From: a virus | Taxonomy: Duplodnaviria; Caudoviricetes | DNA length: 44,471 bases | IMG/VR virus record: IMGVR_UViG_3300037762_000489 | Location: 1-44,471 of that record | Direction: 5' to 3' (one strand) | Shown: positions 41,457-44,471 of the stretch, in pieces | Layout of the letters: every line of letters begins with the position of its first letter | Position numbering within the stretch: the stretch's first letter is position 1 | Translations under genes and position numbers: made by a program | The notes under the pieces: generated by a model | The model's input: the letters and a program-made list of their open reading frames with translations, nothing else | Database searches by the model: none | What the model was told of the DNA's origin: nothing

Positions 41457-44170
41457 GCCGCGTCCTCCTCAATGAGGGAGGGGCGACCAGAGGTCGCTTG
41501 GCGCGGGTCAACCGGCTGCTTCTCCGGGCGAGAAGACCAGGCCAGGTTGGTGTAGGCGCGGCGCAGGGTATCGCGGGCCAGGGCGAGGTCCTCGGAGCGC
41601 ACCTGCGAACGCAGGCTCTCCAGGGTCGCCGGGTCGCTGCTGACCGCCAGCATGTCCTTGACCGCTTTTGTGGCGGTCGTGGCCGCCGACTCCAGATAGG
41701 CAGCGATGGCGGCGTCCGGGTCATTCCCCTCTTCCTCGGCGTATTCCTTCGCCTGCTGGATTTCGATCAGGGCCATCTCAAAGTACATCCGGGCCGTCTC
41801 CAGGCGGTGTGACAGCATGTCGGTCCGACCCTGGTCGCCCACGCCCGCCGTTTGGGGGTCCTGGGGAAGGACCGGAGGTGCAGGGGCCGGAGCCGGGCGA
41901 TTTATGCCGCCCGGTCCGGGGAAGATGTTCCCCAGCTGCTCCTTGACCACTGCTTCCTTCTCCGCGTCCGAAAGCGGCGGGCGGTATTCGGCGGTGGTGG
42001 TGATCACCTGGTCCACGAACTGCTTGAAGTCCGGGTCATCGCAGTCTTCGACGACGTGGCCGGGATAGGTCTCCGTGAGCCAGTCCATTGTGGGCTGGTG
42101 CAGTCTGGAGAGCTTCAAAGCATGGACGCTAAATTTAGAGAAACTTCCAGGCGTATTGGCATGTCCTCGATGCTTCAGGCCGCTGCCCAGGTCGTAGGCG
42201 TATTTCTCAAGTGCGACCAGCACGTTCTTCCCCGCGCCGACGGCGTAGAGGATGGGCTGGTCGGGATGAGCAGCCACCAGCTTGCGGTAAGCGACCAGCC
42301 ACGCGGGTTCGCTCTTTACCTCTGCTTTTGGCTTCGGGGCGTCCTTCGGCGGCTCCGGCTTCGGCGGGGAGATGATGCGGCTCACGTAATCCGCCGCCTC
42401 GCCTTCCAACTCGCGGTAGATACCCACCGTAAACCGCTGCTCGGCCAGGACCCCTAAATCCTTCTCGTCGCCGACGTAGACCACGCCGTAACGATTTATT
42501 GGCGGGGAAAAAAAGTTCTTCTTCACAAAGCGATCTTCCCCTTTCAGGGCCGACCAGATGATATTTTCCTTGTAGTCCGTGAGGATCAGGAACATCCCGC
42601 CCTTTCCGGCCACCTGCATTGCCAGGACCGGGCTGCGCTTTTGCTCTTTCTCAAACTTGTTCCAGTGGTTTAACAGCCGCTGATGCCAGTTCAGGCCGGG
42701 GACCGGGTTCCAGTCCGGGCCAAGCTGGATGATCTCGCCGGGGGTGTTCTCATCCACCAGCTGCTTCACCGCGCTGTCCAGGTCGGCGGCGCTGATGATA
42801 TTCCCCTCTGCGTCCTTCAGGCGGCCCTTGCTGATGAAGGTCTTCATCTGCTTCGGGAAGTCCTTCAGGGCCGCGATCATCACCAGGACGTGCTTGAGAG
42901 GTAGTTCTTCATTCTCCGCCAGGGTGATCAGGTATTCATCTCCGAAGTCGTTTAAGGCTCTGGCGGCGCGGACGTAGTGACTCACGCTGGCCTGGGTGTT
43001 CAACCCGAAGTGCTTACCTATCTCCGTCTGGGTGACCTCGAAGTCATCCAGACGCTTCTGGATAGCGCAGCCCGTTTCAAACCATCCCGGATCGCTCCGC
43101 TTGCTGTTTTCCTCAGCTGCCCATTTTGCCATGTCGAAGTTTGTGATGGAGTCAACACGCACCGGCATAACTGAGAAGCGCGGGTCGGCGTTCGCCCGAA
43201 CTTTACCTAACTTCCCGGCTTCTCCCGTTTGCTCGACAGAGAAGCCCTCGATCATCAGGCGGAAAGCCCGCAGGCGGGTGTGCCCGAAAGCCAGTTGGAC
43301 GAACTGTTCACCGGCTACCATCTTCATCTTGTCAAACTGGTCGGGGTTCAGACCGCGCCCTTCCTGATCGACCAGGCGGCCCTTCGGTATTTCATGCAGG
43401 CCGCGTTCCTCTTCGGGGTGGCGATCAATATTCTCTGACAGGCTCAGAGCGATCTCCCTAACTTTCTCCTCTTTATAGTTTCGCCGGGTCTGCCAGGGGT
43501 TGTCTTTGATAAATTGGATGCTGATCAATGAGGTCATACCGTCAATCCTTTTGATTACTGTGTCGCTCGTTGTTATCGCAGGCCCCGGCAAGTCGGCTTC
43601 TTCCTCAAGGCCCGTTATAAACCGGTTAATACTTTCCTCGTCTACGCAGTCAGCGGTTTGACCGGTCCGCAGGTCGCGGACCTCGAAGCCGCCTTCCGGC
43701 AGGTCGCGGATTTCAAGCATCCGCCCGTTCCTGGCCTGGTACGGCAGGGTCTTACTCCCAATCGCCTCCATCCGTGCCTTGAGGCTCGCCACGAAGCTCG
43801 CGCCGTCGTGGAACTGGAAGCCGGGCGCATCAGGGGTCTGCTGCTCGATGGAGAAGACCGCTTCCCGCGCCGCCTGCTCCTTCGCCCGCTTAACCGAGGG
43901 GAAGCGCTCATCGACGGCGGGGGGGGGCGGGGCATAGACATCCACGCCATCCGGGAAGTCCGGGTGCTGGCGCAGATAGCCCTTCTCGGCAAGACGGCGC
44001 AGCGCCTGGCGGCGGTCACGGCCCTCCTTGTCCCGCCCTGGGAAGACGGCCTTGGGGGTGATCTGCTCAAGGCCCTGTACGGCCCGGTAGACCTCTCGCT
44101 CAAGCGAGGAGAGGTCGTTCAGGTCGGGGGGCTGCATCCCGTCGCCGGGAAGTTGAAATCGCTTCTTCAT
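41453..44170 (-). CDS. parB: Large multidomain ParB-family (CTPase fold plus HTH) protein
   Basis: IKDNPWQTRRNY, QLAFGHTRLRAF (GxxRxxA), EENSKRSD, HTH TQTEIGKHFGLNTQASVSHYVR. Confidence 0.88.
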   Translation of the reverse strand: MKKRFQLPGDGMQPPDLNDLSSLEREVYRAVQGLEQITPKAVFPGRDKEGRDRRQALRRLAEKGYLRQHPDFPDGVDVYAPPPPAVDERFPSVKRAKEQAAREAVFSIEQQTPDAPGFQFHDGASFVASLKARMEAIGSKTLPYQARNGRMLEIRDLPEGGFEVRDLRTGQTADCVDEESINRFITGLEEEADLPGPAITTSDTVIKRIDGMTSLISIQFIKDNPWQTRRNYKEEKVREIALSLSENIDRHPEEERGLHEIPKGRLVDQEGRGLNPDQFDKMKMVAGEQFVQLAFGHTRLRAFRLMIEGFSVEQTGEAGKLGKVRANADPRFSVMPVRVDSITNFDMAKWAAEENSKRSDPGWFETGCAIQKRLDDFEVTQTEIGKHFGLNTQASVSHYVRAARALNDFGDEYLITLAENEELPLKHVLVMIAALKDFPKQMKTFISKGRLKDAEGNIISAADLDSAVKQLVDENTPGEIIQLGPDWNPVPGLNWHQRLLNHWNKFEKEQKRSPVLAMQVAGKGGMFLILTDYKENIIWSALKGEDRFVKKNFFSPPINRYGVVYVGDEKDLGVLAEQRFTVGIYRELEGEAADYVSRIISPPKPEPPKDAPKPKAEVKSEPAWLVAYRKLVAAHPDQPILYAVGAGKNVLVALEKYAYDLGSGLKHRGHANTPGSFSKFSVHALKLSRLHQPTMDWLTETYPGHVVEDCDDPDFKQFVDQVITTTAEYRPPLSDAEKEAVVKEQLGNIFPGPGGINRPAPAPAPPVLPQDPQTAGVGDQGRTDMLSHRLETARMYFEMALIEIQQAKEYAEEEGNDPDAAIAAYLESAATTATKAVKDMLAVSSDPATLESLRSQVRSEDLALARDTLRRAYTNLAWSSRPEKQPVDPRQATSGRPSLIEEDAA
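41478..41500 (-). repeat. Motif B copy 4, in the last codons of parB
   Basis: Exact 23-bp match. Confidence 0.9.
43616..43631. repeat. Degenerate palindrome A (TATAAACCGGTTAATA) inside parB
   Basis: 14/16 match, with the same CTTTCC flank as copy 1 reversed. Confidence 0.55.
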
Positions 44171-44179
44171 GGCTGTCTC

Positions 44180-44471
44180 CTAAAAGGGCACGGCGTCCGC
44201 CGCCGTGACTAATTGAATGCCCATCATCCGGGCCACGTCCTCATCATCGACCAGGCCGATCCCCAGGCCCTCGACGAATTGCTTTAACTCGCCCAGGTGG
44301 AGGAAATCGCTGATCCGCCAGGAACTGGACGAGACCTTGCGGCAGGTGCCGATGTCCAGGACTACCTTCGGGTCGCTCTCGTGGTAGAGCACCACCAGGT
44401 CCACCCCAACCTTGTCCGGCTGGCGGCGGCGGTCGATCTTGAAACCGTAAATCACGTTCTGAGGGGCATTC
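44180..44471 (-). CDS. C-terminal part of the junction-spanning LPD25-like gene
   Basis: Same frame as the ORF starting at 1028 once circularised; ends ADAVPF, an SSB-tail-like terminus. Confidence 0.75.
   Translation of the reverse strand, partial: NAPQNVIYGFKIDRRRQPDKVGVDLVVLYHESDPKVVLDIGTCRKVSSSSWRISDFLHLGELKQFVEGLGIGLVDDEDVARMMGIQLVTAADAVPF
44313..44471. repeat. Terminal redundancy (copy 2)
   Basis: Direct repeat of 1-159. Confidence 0.95.

Noticed and set aside
1-44471. tRNA or rRNA genes
   Set aside because: No cloverleaf with a T-arm consensus seen in the intergenic gaps by eye; a tRNAscan run would be needed to exclude them fully

Overview
The window is an apparently complete, circular (about 44.3 kb unit length) GC-rich siphovirus genome: positions 1-159 recur at 44313-44471 with 2 mismatches, and one gene reads through the junction. 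It has a full late module on the minus strand (terS, terL, portal, scaffold, major capsid, neck, tail tube, frameshifted tail chaperone, tape measure, Dit, baseplate, fibre, lysis cassette), a CI/RHH switch with operators, and an iteron-containing replication initiator with a C-terminal DnaA_N-like domain. I found no integrase, so a phage-plasmid lifestyle is inferred. The host is tentatively Chloroflexota, from protein style only. The most notable elements are: (i) an early operon carrying a PRTRC-type ubiquitin-like cassette (large ParB, E-like, Ubl ending in KG, E2, ThiF/E1) with no recognisable JAB protease; (ii) seven exact dispersed copies of the palindrome TATGAACCGGTTCATA, candidate parS-like sites, plus a second dispersed 23-bp motif in four exact copies; (iii) a type II hammerhead ribozyme inside a moron operon; (iv) three candidate cis-antisense RNA control modules; (v) a lysis cassette with no recognisable peptidoglycan hydrolase, holding a lipoprotein glycoside-hydrolase-like protein instead. 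All family assignments come from reading motifs by eye; no searches were run.
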